A program made the translations under genes and the position numbers. The notes below the pieces were generated by a model. The model was not told the origin of the DNA, did no database searches, and was given only the letters and a program-made list of their open reading frames with translations. A stretch of DNA of 64,000 nucleotides from an uncultured Gammaproteobacteria bacterium (GTDB taxonomy: Bacteria > Pseudomonadota > Gammaproteobacteria > Xanthomonadales > SZUA-36), in contig CAVPHY010000017.1 in assembly GCA_963704855.1 (NCBI GenBank), forward strand, positions 123,292 to 187,291, in the 5' to 3' direction. Below, piece by piece: positions 48,354-57,729 of this stretch. Every line of letters begins with the position of its first letter. Within the stretch, counting starts at the first letter, position 1.

Positions 48354-48650
48354 GTGTCAACCATCGACATTCACGCGTTTCACAAACTCAGCCACGAAGA
48401 TGCGCTGAATGCCGCGGACGCATTATCCATCGATCTTGCTGAGAAGTTCGGTATTGATTATGGCTGGGATGACGAGGTGATCCACTTCGAGCGCCCCGGG
48501 GTCAATGGGCAAATCGAGGTCAGGGAAAATGAACTCAGGATCCAGGCCAACCTGGGTTTCATGCTCATGTTGTTAAAACGGCCCATTGAAGATGAAATCG
48601 TGCGTTACCTCAAACAGCATTTCGGCTGCAGTTTCGATCAGTTGGCCTAG
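48354..48650 (+). CDS. Polyhydroxyalkanoic-acid-system family small protein (PHA_gran_rgn-like)
   Basis: GTG start preceded by aggagg. 98 aa. ..FGIDYGWDDEVIHFERPGVNGQIEV..LRI.A.LGFML.. matches my memory of this family. Confidence 0.6.
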   Translation: MSTIDIHAFHKLSHEDALNAADALSIDLAEKFGIDYGWDDEVIHFERPGVNGQIEVRENELRIQANLGFMLMLLKRPIEDEIVRYLKQHFGCSFDQLA

Positions 48651-48673
48651 GAGCCTGTCGGATCTAACATTAT

Positions 48674-49375
48674 CTACTGCGAAAAAGGATTTGCATCACC
48701 GGCAAATAAGCGCTGCATGATTTTGTCCTCGTTGTTCCAGATGGTTTCGATAAATTCAGTACCATCACCCATAATCTGAAACGCCCTCAAACCCTGCTCC
48801 AGGAATGTCTGCAACAAACCGAAACCGGCCGCCCGGGCCGGGCCCCTCAATGTACGTATCAGGAACATGACCAGGCGGTGGTGAACCAGTTCGTTCAGCT
48901 CGAGACCGAGGTGGCCGATCAATTCAATCTGTCTTTCACGTTCTAACCGCCGTCCGCAGATACGGTAAATTTCACCGTAACGGTGGGTGTTCAACGCATC
49001 CCATCCGGATTGCTTCAATGCGGCCGTCATATCCATATCGAGGCTCAGGCTCAATGCCTGGAGTTCAAAGGCTTCGGCCAGCGCCAACAGCATATCTTCC
49101 CGCAACATTCTGACCATCACCGGCAGGACACGCTCCATCTGCTGGTCCCGTTCGCGGAAATTCAAACCGCCATAGAGTTCGGCCAGGAAAAAGTCGCCGG
49201 CTGCGGCATAACGTTCCTGGCTTATCAGGTCATGGTAACTGTTGGCGAGACGGCGGCGTTGCCATTGCTGTAAAACCTCCAGCTCTGCGTGCGGGAAGCC
49301 GGGCGCATCTAAGCGCTCTGCCAATTCATGGCTGTCGCTCAGGGCCTGCCTGAGATGATCCGCATATCGCTTCAC
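48674..49375 (-). CDS. Conserved hypothetical protein with an FFLAELYG motif
   Basis: 233 aa helical protein, divergent from the patatin gene. No enzymatic motif recognised. Confidence 0.5.
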   Translation of the reverse strand: MKRYADHLRQALSDSHELAERLDAPGFPHAELEVLQQWQRRRLANSYHDLISQERYAAAGDFFLAELYGGLNFRERDQQMERVLPVMVRMLREDMLLALAEAFELQALSLSLDMDMTAALKQSGWDALNTHRYGEIYRICGRRLERERQIELIGHLGLELNELVHHRLVMFLIRTLRGPARAAGFGLLQTFLEQGLRAFQIMGDGTEFIETIWNNEDKIMQRLFAGDANPFSQ

Positions 49376-49514
49376 TGCAATCTTCTCCTTTCCCCGCTGA
49401 CATGGCGTGAGCCGCCTGTATGTCCACGGTGTAAACCACTTATTAATATGGCGTCACACTGGTTATTCGCAAGCCGCATCGGTAAAATCGGTGCCATCCA
49501 CGGAGGCTGACAAC

Positions 49515-50756
49515 ATGCTAACGATACATCAGGCCCGGACACCGAACCAGCAACAAGTCCCGGCCAAAACCGGTCTTGCAATCGGGGGCGGAGGACCGGT
49601 GGGTGCGATTTATGAGCTGGGCTCGCTGCGTGCGCTGGATGAAAGCATCAATGGTGTGAAGCTGCATGAACTGGATGTCTATGTGGGTGTCAGTTCGGGC
49701 GCGCTGATCGCGGCCAGCCTGGCCAACGGTATTACAACAATCGAACTTTGTCGCATATTCATGGGCCAGGAGTACGCCAGCGTCCGCTTCGATCCTGAAC
49801 ACCTGATGCGGCCTGCTTTCAAGGAATACCTGGATCGTGCCTCCATGCTGCCCGCGGTATTGTCCAAAGCGTTGATGAAAATGATCCGTAATCCCGGTAC
49901 GACCAATATTACGCAGCTTGTCAGCCAACTCGGCAAGGTGATTCCCAGTGGTGTCTTTGACAACGAAGCCATCCATGATTTTTTGGAAAATGCCTTCAGG
50001 GTCTCCGGAAGCAGCAATGATTTCAATGAACTGAAATGCGCCCTGTACATTGTCGCGGTTGACCTGGACAGTGGCGCCGCCGTGCGCTTTGGCAGTAACG
50101 GGCGTCGCAACGTCAGCATTGCACGTGCGGTGCAGGCCAGCGCAGCGCTGCCAGGTCTCTACCCGCCGGTAAAGATTGACGGCCACTATTATGTAGACGG
50201 CGCATTGCGTCGGACCCTGCATGCATCGGTTGCACTGGACGAGGGCGTGGATCTGCTCATAGGCGTTAACCCGCTGGTACCTTTTGATTCGGGTGAAAAG
50301 GGGCAAAACGCCGGTGTTTCCGATCAAAGACTGAACCGCGGCGGATTACCAATGATTCTGTCGCAAACATTTCGAGCACTGATCCAGTCACGGATGGAAG
50401 CCGGCTTCAGAAAGTATTACAGCAGTCACCCTTTTGCCGACCTGGTCCTGCTGGAGCCGCATCGCCAGGATGAGAAGATTTTCTTTACCAATATCTTCAG
50501 CTACAACAGCCGTCACGCGCTTTGCGAACATTCCTACCAGGTCACCCGCAAAGACCTGTTGGCCAGGCATAAGGAAATCAGCGCGATACTGGAAAAACGC
50601 GGTATGTCACTCAACATGGAATTTCTCGCAGACCCGCACCGCACGCTCGGCGACAGCATTGGCGAGGGCCGTTCAAGCCATGCACCGGTGGCCCGCGACC
50701 TGACCCGGATACTTGATAACCTCGACGAACTGCTGGAAGAACGCAAGGCCAGTTAA
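49515..50756 (+). CDS. Patatin-like phospholipase
   Basis: Start at the ATG at 49515, preceded by ggagg. Oxyanion loop GLAIGGGGPVG. GxSxG (GVSSG). Catalytic Asp (YVDGAL). Confidence 0.85.
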   Translation: MLTIHQARTPNQQQVPAKTGLAIGGGGPVGAIYELGSLRALDESINGVKLHELDVYVGVSSGALIAASLANGITTIELCRIFMGQEYASVRFDPEHLMRPAFKEYLDRASMLPAVLSKALMKMIRNPGTTNITQLVSQLGKVIPSGVFDNEAIHDFLENAFRVSGSSNDFNELKCALYIVAVDLDSGAAVRFGSNGRRNVSIARAVQASAALPGLYPPVKIDGHYYVDGALRRTLHASVALDEGVDLLIGVNPLVPFDSGEKGQNAGVSDQRLNRGGLPMILSQTFRALIQSRMEAGFRKYYSSHPFADLVLLEPHRQDEKIFFTNIFSYNSRHALCEHSYQVTRKDLLARHKEISAILEKRGMSLNMEFLADPHRTLGDSIGEGRSSHAPVARDLTRILDNLDELLEERKAS

Positions 50757-50783
50757 GCCCCACAACCAAGCCGGTATTAAAAA

Positions 50784-52238
50784 ATGAAGAAAAACCCGTC
50801 CGCTCAAAGCGTTTCCGCATCCCTGTTCTGCCTCTGCCTGTTATTGCAGACCGTTACCGCATCCGCACTGGAGCGTGCAGAAACACAGACCCAGAACACA
50901 CCCTCAAGGCAGGCAGTTGACCTGCTAATCAAAGGTGACCATATCGTCAGCATGGACGCTGACGGTACCGTTTATAAGGATGCGGCTGTAGCGGTGGACC
51001 AGGGGCTGATCATCGCCATCGGCCCTGCCGACGAAATACTTTCAAAGTACCATTCGGACCAGCTGCTGGAAGGTGGCAACCGCATCGTCATGCCGGGTCT
51101 TATCAACGGACACTCGCATGCGGCGATGACCCTGTTACGCGGTATAGCGGAAGACATGGCCCTGCTGGAATGGCTTACCCAGTACATTTTTCCTGCCGAG
51201 GTCGAATTTGTAGACGCTGAATTCGTGCGTATCGGCACCGAACTGGCCTGTTGGGAAATGATACGTGGCGGCACCACCACCTTCGTGGATATGTATTACT
51301 ACCCCGATGTGATTGCCGAGGTGGTCGAATCCTGCGGTATGCGGGCGCTGGTATCCGCCACCGTGATCGAGCGACCAAGCCCGGGCGCCGCCAACGCGGC
51401 GGATTCAATCGATATCGGCAATGCATTTATCAAGCGCTGGAAGGACAGGAATTCACGCATCACACCGCTATTCGGTCCGCATGCCAATTACACGCTGGAT
51501 GAAGCGCAGCTGCGTGCGGTACGTGATGCAGCGAAAACCGCTGGCGTGGGTATCGCCATCCACATGTCCGAATCCCGGTACGAGCTTGAATACTCAGAAG
51601 CCAACTACGGGAAGACCAGTATCGAGTTGTTTGAGTCGATCGGTTTATTGGAGATTCCCACCATCGGGGCGCATGTCGTATGGCCGACCGATGCCGAGAT
51701 TCCGATCCTGGCTGAACGCAAGGTAGGTGTCATTCACAATCCAACCTCGAATATGAAAACCGCCGCCGGCATCTCACCGGTAACAAAAATGCTCGCCGCC
51801 GGTGTCCGGGTCGGGCTGGGTACGGATGGCGCCGCCAGTAACAACGACCTGGACATGTGGGAGGAAATACGCCTGGCCGCCCTGTTGCAAAAGGTGGACC
51901 AGATGAACCCCGAAGTCATGCCGGCCAACACCGTGCTGACCATGGCCACACGTGGCGGCGCGGAGGCCATTGGCCTGGGCAGCAGTATCGGCTCCCTGGA
52001 GGTTGGCAAACGTGCCGATATCATCCAGGTGTCATTCGACGACGTGCACTTTGTACCCACCTACGATGTGATACCGCACCTCGTTTATGTTACCGATGAG
52101 CAGGACGTCACCAGCGTCGTGGTTGATGGCAAGATACTGATGAAGGATAAGGAGATACTGACCATCGATACGGCGCGCGTCGCCTCACAAGCTGCAGAGC
52201 TGGCCCGTCGGATTAATCAGACGCTTAATAACCGCTAG
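50784..52238 (+). CDS. Amidohydrolase (TRZ/ATZ - MtaD/SsnA-like deaminase/chlorohydrolase family) with a signal peptide
   Basis: HxH metal motif PGLINGHSHAAM. ..GTDGAASNN... N-terminal hydrophobic leader SLFCLCLLLQTVTASA. Confidence 0.8.
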   Translation: MKKNPSAQSVSASLFCLCLLLQTVTASALERAETQTQNTPSRQAVDLLIKGDHIVSMDADGTVYKDAAVAVDQGLIIAIGPADEILSKYHSDQLLEGGNRIVMPGLINGHSHAAMTLLRGIAEDMALLEWLTQYIFPAEVEFVDAEFVRIGTELACWEMIRGGTTTFVDMYYYPDVIAEVVESCGMRALVSATVIERPSPGAANAADSIDIGNAFIKRWKDRNSRITPLFGPHANYTLDEAQLRAVRDAAKTAGVGIAIHMSESRYELEYSEANYGKTSIELFESIGLLEIPTIGAHVVWPTDAEIPILAERKVGVIHNPTSNMKTAAGISPVTKMLAAGVRVGLGTDGAASNNDLDMWEEIRLAALLQKVDQMNPEVMPANTVLTMATRGGAEAIGLGSSIGSLEVGKRADIIQVSFDDVHFVPTYDVIPHLVYVTDEQDVTSVVVDGKILMKDKEILTIDTARVASQAAELARRINQTLNNR

Positions 52239-52271
52239 TTGATCCGAAACCGTTTCCGGAATGTTTAATGA

Positions 52272-53285
52272 TCACGGATGGCAGTTTTTCTCGAACGAGC
52301 TGATGAGCTTGACCTCGTCTTCGGCCTGCACAAAAAACTGGTCGAGGTAATCAAGCTGTCTGGCTTTTTGTTTTTCCGTCAGCACAGGCAGGTCGTTTAT
52401 CACACCCATCACCTCATCCTTTTTTGAGGTGATGGTATGCAGCGCGTTGCGCAACACCCCGGTGTCTGTACAAAAACCGCGATAATGACGTGACCGGACG
52501 GATCTGATCTTCAACGTTTTATCGGGAAAGGCATAGCTCGCGTTCACTAAACCCGCGAGGTCGAAGTCATAGGGAACGGGCCAGAGCTTCGGGCCGATCC
52601 TGAAGAGATCGACATTGTGGCAGCAGTGCTCATCATTCTCCGCAGCGATAAATGACCAGTCCGTATTGGCAACAAGATATTGGAATACGTATAAAAGCGC
52701 GGCCTGGTTTTGATCGAGTTGCCCGAGTGAAATCGCGGAAGTTCCGGCCATAGTACCCGCCACCCTTTCAGCCAGTTGCTCTGGCGTTTCGAGCAGGAAC
52801 CCAAAGCTATGTGCGTATTTTTCTTTCAGGCGGCCATCGCTGTCGTCGTACGTGACGTGCACAAGACGTGTCCGGTAACTGACATCTGAGAACAGGCCGA
52901 ATACCTGGTAAACCGCGTACTCTTCCAGGACATCCGCTTCCGAGCTGGAACTTTTTTTACAGCGGGTCACCAGCTTCAGCTTATCCTGCCCTTCGAACGG
53001 GGTTCCAGCGGTATCATTGCCATTGAAATTGAACCTCAACGGAGGAAAGTCACAGACACGCATCCGGCTGTTACCCCTGGCCCTGATTTGCAAGTCAAAC
53101 TCATGCGCTTGTGTGCGTAAACGAAACGGCCACTCATTACGCTCCTGCTTGTCGTCAATCAGGGACGACAACGGGCCTTCCAGTACCATTTCCATAATTG
53201 AGTCTTCTTCGAACAATGGCGAAGCCTGCAGCGAGGAAACAAAGCCCAACACACAGAAGACCAATACTGATACCCGATATTTCAT
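52272..53285 (-). CDS. Secreted hypothetical protein (possible distant CotH-like fold)
   Basis: Signal peptide MKYRVSVLVFCVLGFVSSLQA. ..HCCHNVDLF..WPVPYDFDLAGLV.. loosely recalls the CotH NxxL / WDxDxxFG region. By-eye similarity only. Confidence 0.45.
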   Translation of the reverse strand: MKYRVSVLVFCVLGFVSSLQASPLFEEDSIMEMVLEGPLSSLIDDKQERNEWPFRLRTQAHEFDLQIRARGNSRMRVCDFPPLRFNFNGNDTAGTPFEGQDKLKLVTRCKKSSSSEADVLEEYAVYQVFGLFSDVSYRTRLVHVTYDDSDGRLKEKYAHSFGFLLETPEQLAERVAGTMAGTSAISLGQLDQNQAALLYVFQYLVANTDWSFIAAENDEHCCHNVDLFRIGPKLWPVPYDFDLAGLVNASYAFPDKTLKIRSVRSRHYRGFCTDTGVLRNALHTITSKKDEVMGVINDLPVLTEKQKARQLDYLDQFFVQAEDEVKLISSFEKNCHP

Positions 53286-53295
53286 TCAAGCCTGG

Positions 53296-55434
53296 CTATG
53301 CCAGCGCCGCCTTCACCCGTTTGGGTGTCATCGGTAATTCGAAGAGTCGCACGCCAATGGCATCAAACACCGCGTTGGCGATAACGGCGCCCATGTTGAT
53401 GATGGCGGGTTCACCCCCGCCGTGCGGCGCGGGGTCCGCCGAATCAATCAGGATCGTCTCGATCTCTGGCAGTGTCGAGAAAAGCGGCAATTCATAGCTG
53501 TGGAAATTGAGGTCCAGGATCTCACCGCCACGGAAACGCTGCGCCTCCATCAGGGCATAGCCCAGCCCCATCGTTATACAGCCTTCCATCTGTATGGTGG
53601 CGCCCGCCGGATTCACGACCTGGCCCATATCCTGTGCGCAAACCACGCGTTTCACCCTGATTTGCCCACTGTCCCGGTTGACCTCCACCTCGGCCATTGA
53701 GGCCACAACAGTACCGGCGTCGATACCGCAGGCAACACCCACACCGCGACCGCTCGGCCCGGCCGCCGATTTCCAGCCGAACCTGTCAGCCGCTGCTTTC
53801 AAGCAACCGATATACTTCGGATCGCTGCAATTGCGCAGACGGAATTCAAGCGGGTCGATAGCGGCCTTCGCGGCCATGATATCGATCTGCTGCTCGCGCG
53901 CAAAAACATTGCTGCTGGCCCCGGGAGCACGCCATGCTCCGGTTGCAAAAGGATGTGATCCGGGCGGGCCATTCCAGCCACGGCTGTGTGCCACCGTGCG
54001 GTGGTGCGGTATATCGTAGGGTTGTTCGCAGCCGCGCGCACCGGCAAAGTAAACGCGGTAATCCCAGAATGCCGGCTTACCGTTTTCGGTTAAGCCGGAG
54101 CGGATTTTGACGATGGATGCTGGCCGGTACTGGTCCCAGAAGAACTCATCTTCACGGGTCCAGAAAACCTGTACGGGACGGCCGGTGATCCTGGACAAGC
54201 GTGCCGCCTGTACACCCTGCGGGCTGCTGCCCTTGCCGCCAAATCCGCCACCCACAAATGGCGTGAGCACCCGCACTTTGTCTTCTGCGAGACCCAGTAT
54301 CGATACCAGTTGGCGTTTCAGACCAAACGGGCTCTGTGTTGACGCCCACACCGTCATCTTGCCATTTTCCCAGCTCGCCAGTGCAGCATGCGGTTCCATC
54401 GGGGCATGCGCAACATAGGCGTCCAGGTAGGTATGCTCAATGACATCAACCGCCAGTCGTTCGCCTTCTGCGATATCGCCACCATCTTCAATGGGAACAC
54501 CTTCAGGCGCCATACTCATCAGGTGCGCGTGAATATTGTCTTCGGTAATCGTGGACTCTGGAACGCTGTAGTCTGGCTTGAGTAGTGACAACGCGCGGTC
54601 GGCCACATGGCGTTTTTCGTGCAACACTGCAACCAGGTCACCATCCTGCACCACGCGCACGCCTTCGATGGCTTCCGCGGCCGAGGTATCGAGCCCCTTG
54701 AGGCTTGCGCCATGTGCAGACGGTCTCAGCAGGCGCGCTATCAACATGCCGGGTAAGCGAATGTCGGCCGTGAACTCAGCCTTGCCGGTCACCTTTTCAA
54801 CGGCATCGCGGCGGCTGAATGATTGACCCATCACCTTGTATTCCGCTGCCGATTTGACCGGCGCGGGTAATTTCATATCACTTGCAATGGCCTGACCTTT
54901 GGTCAATGCGGCATAAGAAATTTGACGGGATTGATCGGAGCGGTCAAACACCACACCGTCTTTGACATCCAGTTGTTCGACCGATACGGCCAGCTTTTTG
55001 CTGGCCAGATCCAGCAATATGCCACGTGCCTGCGCACCGGCAGCCCTTAATTCCGGCCCGAATACCCGCGTTGTGAGTGAGCCCCAGGTGCCCTGGTCAA
55101 ACGGGCAGCGGTCGGTATCACCCATGATCATGTCGATCATTTCAACAGCGACATCGAGTTCATCTGCCAGCATCTGCGGCAGCGACGTGACGATACCCTG
55201 CCCCATTTCTATCTTGCCGGTAAAGCAGGTCACCCGCCCGTCTTCGCCGATGCGGAGATAGGCATTGAAACTGTCTGCGGCGCCTGCTGAAACACTGTGT
55301 GACTCTTCGGCCAGGGCAAAGCGCGGTGGCGTTGTAAACAGGACGACAACACCCCCGCCAACACTTTTCAGAAAACTGCGGCGGCTGAAGGCAGGAGAGG
55401 ATTTCATCTCTTGGTTCGGATCATTCTTGGACAT
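53296..55434 (-). CDS. Molybdopterin-binding large subunit of a xanthine-dehydrogenase-family oxidoreductase (IorB / membrane-bound aldehyde dehydrogenase type); TAT-exported
   Basis: Twin-arginine leader SRRSFLKSVGGG. 712 aa. Aldehyde-oxidase a/b hammerhead-like segments. Confidence 0.85.
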   Translation of the reverse strand: MSKNDPNQEMKSSPAFSRRSFLKSVGGGVVVLFTTPPRFALAEESHSVSAGAADSFNAYLRIGEDGRVTCFTGKIEMGQGIVTSLPQMLADELDVAVEMIDMIMGDTDRCPFDQGTWGSLTTRVFGPELRAAGAQARGILLDLASKKLAVSVEQLDVKDGVVFDRSDQSRQISYAALTKGQAIASDMKLPAPVKSAAEYKVMGQSFSRRDAVEKVTGKAEFTADIRLPGMLIARLLRPSAHGASLKGLDTSAAEAIEGVRVVQDGDLVAVLHEKRHVADRALSLLKPDYSVPESTITEDNIHAHLMSMAPEGVPIEDGGDIAEGERLAVDVIEHTYLDAYVAHAPMEPHAALASWENGKMTVWASTQSPFGLKRQLVSILGLAEDKVRVLTPFVGGGFGGKGSSPQGVQAARLSRITGRPVQVFWTREDEFFWDQYRPASIVKIRSGLTENGKPAFWDYRVYFAGARGCEQPYDIPHHRTVAHSRGWNGPPGSHPFATGAWRAPGASSNVFAREQQIDIMAAKAAIDPLEFRLRNCSDPKYIGCLKAAADRFGWKSAAGPSGRGVGVACGIDAGTVVASMAEVEVNRDSGQIRVKRVVCAQDMGQVVNPAGATIQMEGCITMGLGYALMEAQRFRGGEILDLNFHSYELPLFSTLPEIETILIDSADPAPHGGGEPAIINMGAVIANAVFDAIGVRLFELPMTPKRVKAALA

Positions 55435-55446
55435 GATTCCCTCCGC

Positions 55447-55917
55447 TCAGGTTTTGGGGTTAAGCGTTACGGAGCGTACCGCTTCAACAATACGTTTGTG
55501 GGCGCCGCAGCGGCACAAATTTTCATCCATACCGCCCATGACTTCGGACTCACTGGCTTTCGGGTTCCCTGTGAGCAGGCTGACAACCGAGAGGATCATT
55601 CCGGGTGTGCAATAACCACACTGCAGCGCGTCATGCTCGACAAAGGCCTGCTGGACGGGGTGCAACTTATCGCCTTCGGCCAGGCCTTCGATGGTGGTCA
55701 CCTTTTTGTCGGCAACGGATTGGACGTCGAGCAGGCAGGCACGTTGGGCAGTGCCGTTGACCAGCACGGTGCACGCGCCGCAAAGACCTTCACCACAACC
55801 GTACTTGGTGCCCGTCAGCTGCATATCGTCGCGTAAAAACCAGAGCAGGGACTGATCAGTCTCCGTATCCAGTTGCACCGGATTGCCGTTGAGTGTGAAA
55901 TGAACCCGTTTCTTCAT
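55447..55917 (-). CDS. (2Fe-2S)-binding small subunit (IorA-like)
   Basis: Two cluster motifs: CGEGLCGACTV and CGYCTPGMI..C.C. Confidence 0.9.
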   Translation of the reverse strand: MKKRVHFTLNGNPVQLDTETDQSLLWFLRDDMQLTGTKYGCGEGLCGACTVLVNGTAQRACLLDVQSVADKKVTTIEGLAEGDKLHPVQQAFVEHDALQCGYCTPGMILSVVSLLTGNPKASESEVMGGMDENLCRCGAHKRIVEAVRSVTLNPKT

Positions 55918-56366
55918 GATGATCCCTCTGTTAGATCGTTGTGTTTGTCTCTAATAAGTCCGTTACCCGGACTTTTGCAACGAAGCAGCGACTCGAGATA
56001 ATAATAGTCCGCATAGTTGAGTGCCGCATCCGGGGCGAGTTGCAGCAGCTTACGATACCAGCTGGCATCACGCCGGTAACCGGGCTGCGAATCAGTGGGA
56101 TCAGTGGCATTCCAGGTATGCGGCAGATCGACCCTGATCGAGCCATCCCTGCGATCCAGTGCTGACGGGTCCCGCAACGCAGTTGCGTAATAGTCCCAAC
56201 CCTCGTTCAACAGCAAGTCACTGTCTTCGGTTGCTATCCACTGAATGGGCGAATCGCTGACTTCGGTCGTCGAGTCACTCGCCAGCAATGCAGTAAGCGA
56301 GCAGCACAGGACCATAAAGGCGACCAGGAAAACCGAAACAGGATGATTCATCTTTATTTTCACCAT
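55914..56366 (-). CDS. Small secreted ORF that looks like a fusion remnant of two glycoside-hydrolase genes
   Basis: Signal peptide. NEGWDYY..VDLPHTWNATDP..YRRDASWYRK matches the GH2 N-terminal sugar-binding-domain pattern. It then joins directly to ..NYADYYYLESLLR, a GH88/GH105 C-terminal-type motif. Confidence 0.45.
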   Translation of the reverse strand: MVKIKMNHPVSVFLVAFMVLCCSLTALLASDSTTEVSDSPIQWIATEDSDLLLNEGWDYYATALRDPSALDRRDGSIRVDLPHTWNATDPTDSQPGYRRDASWYRKLLQLAPDAALNYADYYYLESLLRCKSPGNGLIRDKHNDLTEGSS

Positions 56367-56596
56367 TTACACAAGGCGCCATCAATGAATGGGTCTTCTC
56401 CGAACATTAAACACTGGGTATGGAGTTGGTCTGGAGTTATTCCATTTTCAAGTAAACTCACCAGGCTCTTGATGCTGATTTCTTCACGCTTCTCAAGCGC
56501 CTCTTTTAAGGAATCATATGCACCAACTGCATAGCGTTCACCCTCATCCGAGTAGTGATAATTGTCATCGACAAAGACTTTATACTTTTCGCTCAT
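56360..56596 (-). CDS. Hypothetical small protein (78 aa)
   Basis: Overlaps both neighbours by a few nt (operon-style coupling). Lies in a ~38-40% GC patch. No family recognised. Confidence 0.4.
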   Translation of the reverse strand: MSEKYKVFVDDNYHYSDEGERYAVGAYDSLKEALEKREEISIKSLVSLLENGITPDQLHTQCLMFGEDPFIDGALCKW

Positions 56597-57716
56597 GTGA
56601 CTTAAAACCCAACTTTTGAAGTTCTACCATAATGTCTGCTTCAATATTCCTGGCCCTGACCGAATAGGAGCCAAATTCTCTCCTGACAGGGTAATCACCC
56701 CTCAGTTGCTCAAACAGAGGGGTGTTGTCCCGTAACGCCCTGTCGTCATTTTCAATTTCATAGGTCGCTAGAATGGCCTCGGCCAGGATCTGTTCTTTGC
56801 GCTTGCCACTGCCATCCAGTTCGATCACCGGGTTTGCAGGGGGCTCAATGCCAGGGGGTTCCCATGCATCGATTCCCAGGCCGAAAAACCGGCTGATGGC
56901 CCGCACGCTTGTCTTTGTTCCGTTGGCTTTTCCATCTCTTGAATAGCCAGCGATGTGGGGTGTAGCGAAATCAACCCGGTTCAACAAATCCAGGTCAATT
57001 ACAGGTTCGTTTTCCCAGCAGTCAATAATCATTCCTGAAAGCACGCCTGAAAGTTTCGCTTTGTAAACCGCGGATGTGTCGAAAACCTCACCCCGGCAGG
57101 TATTGATAATGAGCGCCTTGTTTTTCAAACCCCTTAGAAACCGCTCATCCACCATGTGATAAGTGCGGTCGATGCCGTCCATATTCAGTGGAACGTGAAA
57201 CGTGATGATATCCGCCTGTTGCTGGATCGTCTGCAGTGAAACAAACTGTGAGGAACCCTCCTCCCGCTCCCTGGGCGGGTCGTTTAACAGGACTTTCATT
57301 CCCAGGATTTCACAGGTTTTCGCCACCCGGGAACCCACCTGTCCGACACCTACTATGCCAATGGTTTTACCCCTTAATGAAAACCCTTTCCGTTTTGAAT
57401 ACGAAAACAGGGCAGATGAAATGTACTGGTTGACACTTTCCGCGTTGCAACCCGGCGAGTTGGTCCACTCGATACCCGCCGACTCGCAGTAAGCCGTATC
57501 AATATGGTCGAAACCAATGGTCGCGGTTGCGATCAGTTTGACCCTGGAACCTTCCAGTACTTCCCTGCTGCAGATGGTGCGGGTCCGGGTGACCAGCGCA
57601 TCGGTGTCTTTCACCGCATCGCGCGTGGTTAAATTTCCAGGCAGGTAGACCACCTCTGCAAACGGTTCCAGAGCGCCTTTGATGTAAGGAATTTTATTGT
57701 CGATAATGATCTTCAT
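56580..57716 (-). CDS. pdxB: 4-phosphoerythronate dehydrogenase
   Basis: 378 aa and collinear with E. coli PdxB as I remember it: MKI.VD...PY.., TIGIVGVGQVGSRV NAD motif, ..HIAGYS..GK.., and a C-terminal dimerisation domain. Confidence 0.75.
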   Translation of the reverse strand: MKIIIDNKIPYIKGALEPFAEVVYLPGNLTTRDAVKDTDALVTRTRTICSREVLEGSRVKLIATATIGFDHIDTAYCESAGIEWTNSPGCNAESVNQYISSALFSYSKRKGFSLRGKTIGIVGVGQVGSRVAKTCEILGMKVLLNDPPREREEGSSQFVSLQTIQQQADIITFHVPLNMDGIDRTYHMVDERFLRGLKNKALIINTCRGEVFDTSAVYKAKLSGVLSGMIIDCWENEPVIDLDLLNRVDFATPHIAGYSRDGKANGTKTSVRAISRFFGLGIDAWEPPGIEPPANPVIELDGSGKRKEQILAEAILATYEIENDDRALRDNTPLFEQLRGDYPVRREFGSYSVRARNIEADIMVELQKLGFKSHERKV

Positions 57717-57729
57717 GGTTCGACTGGGT

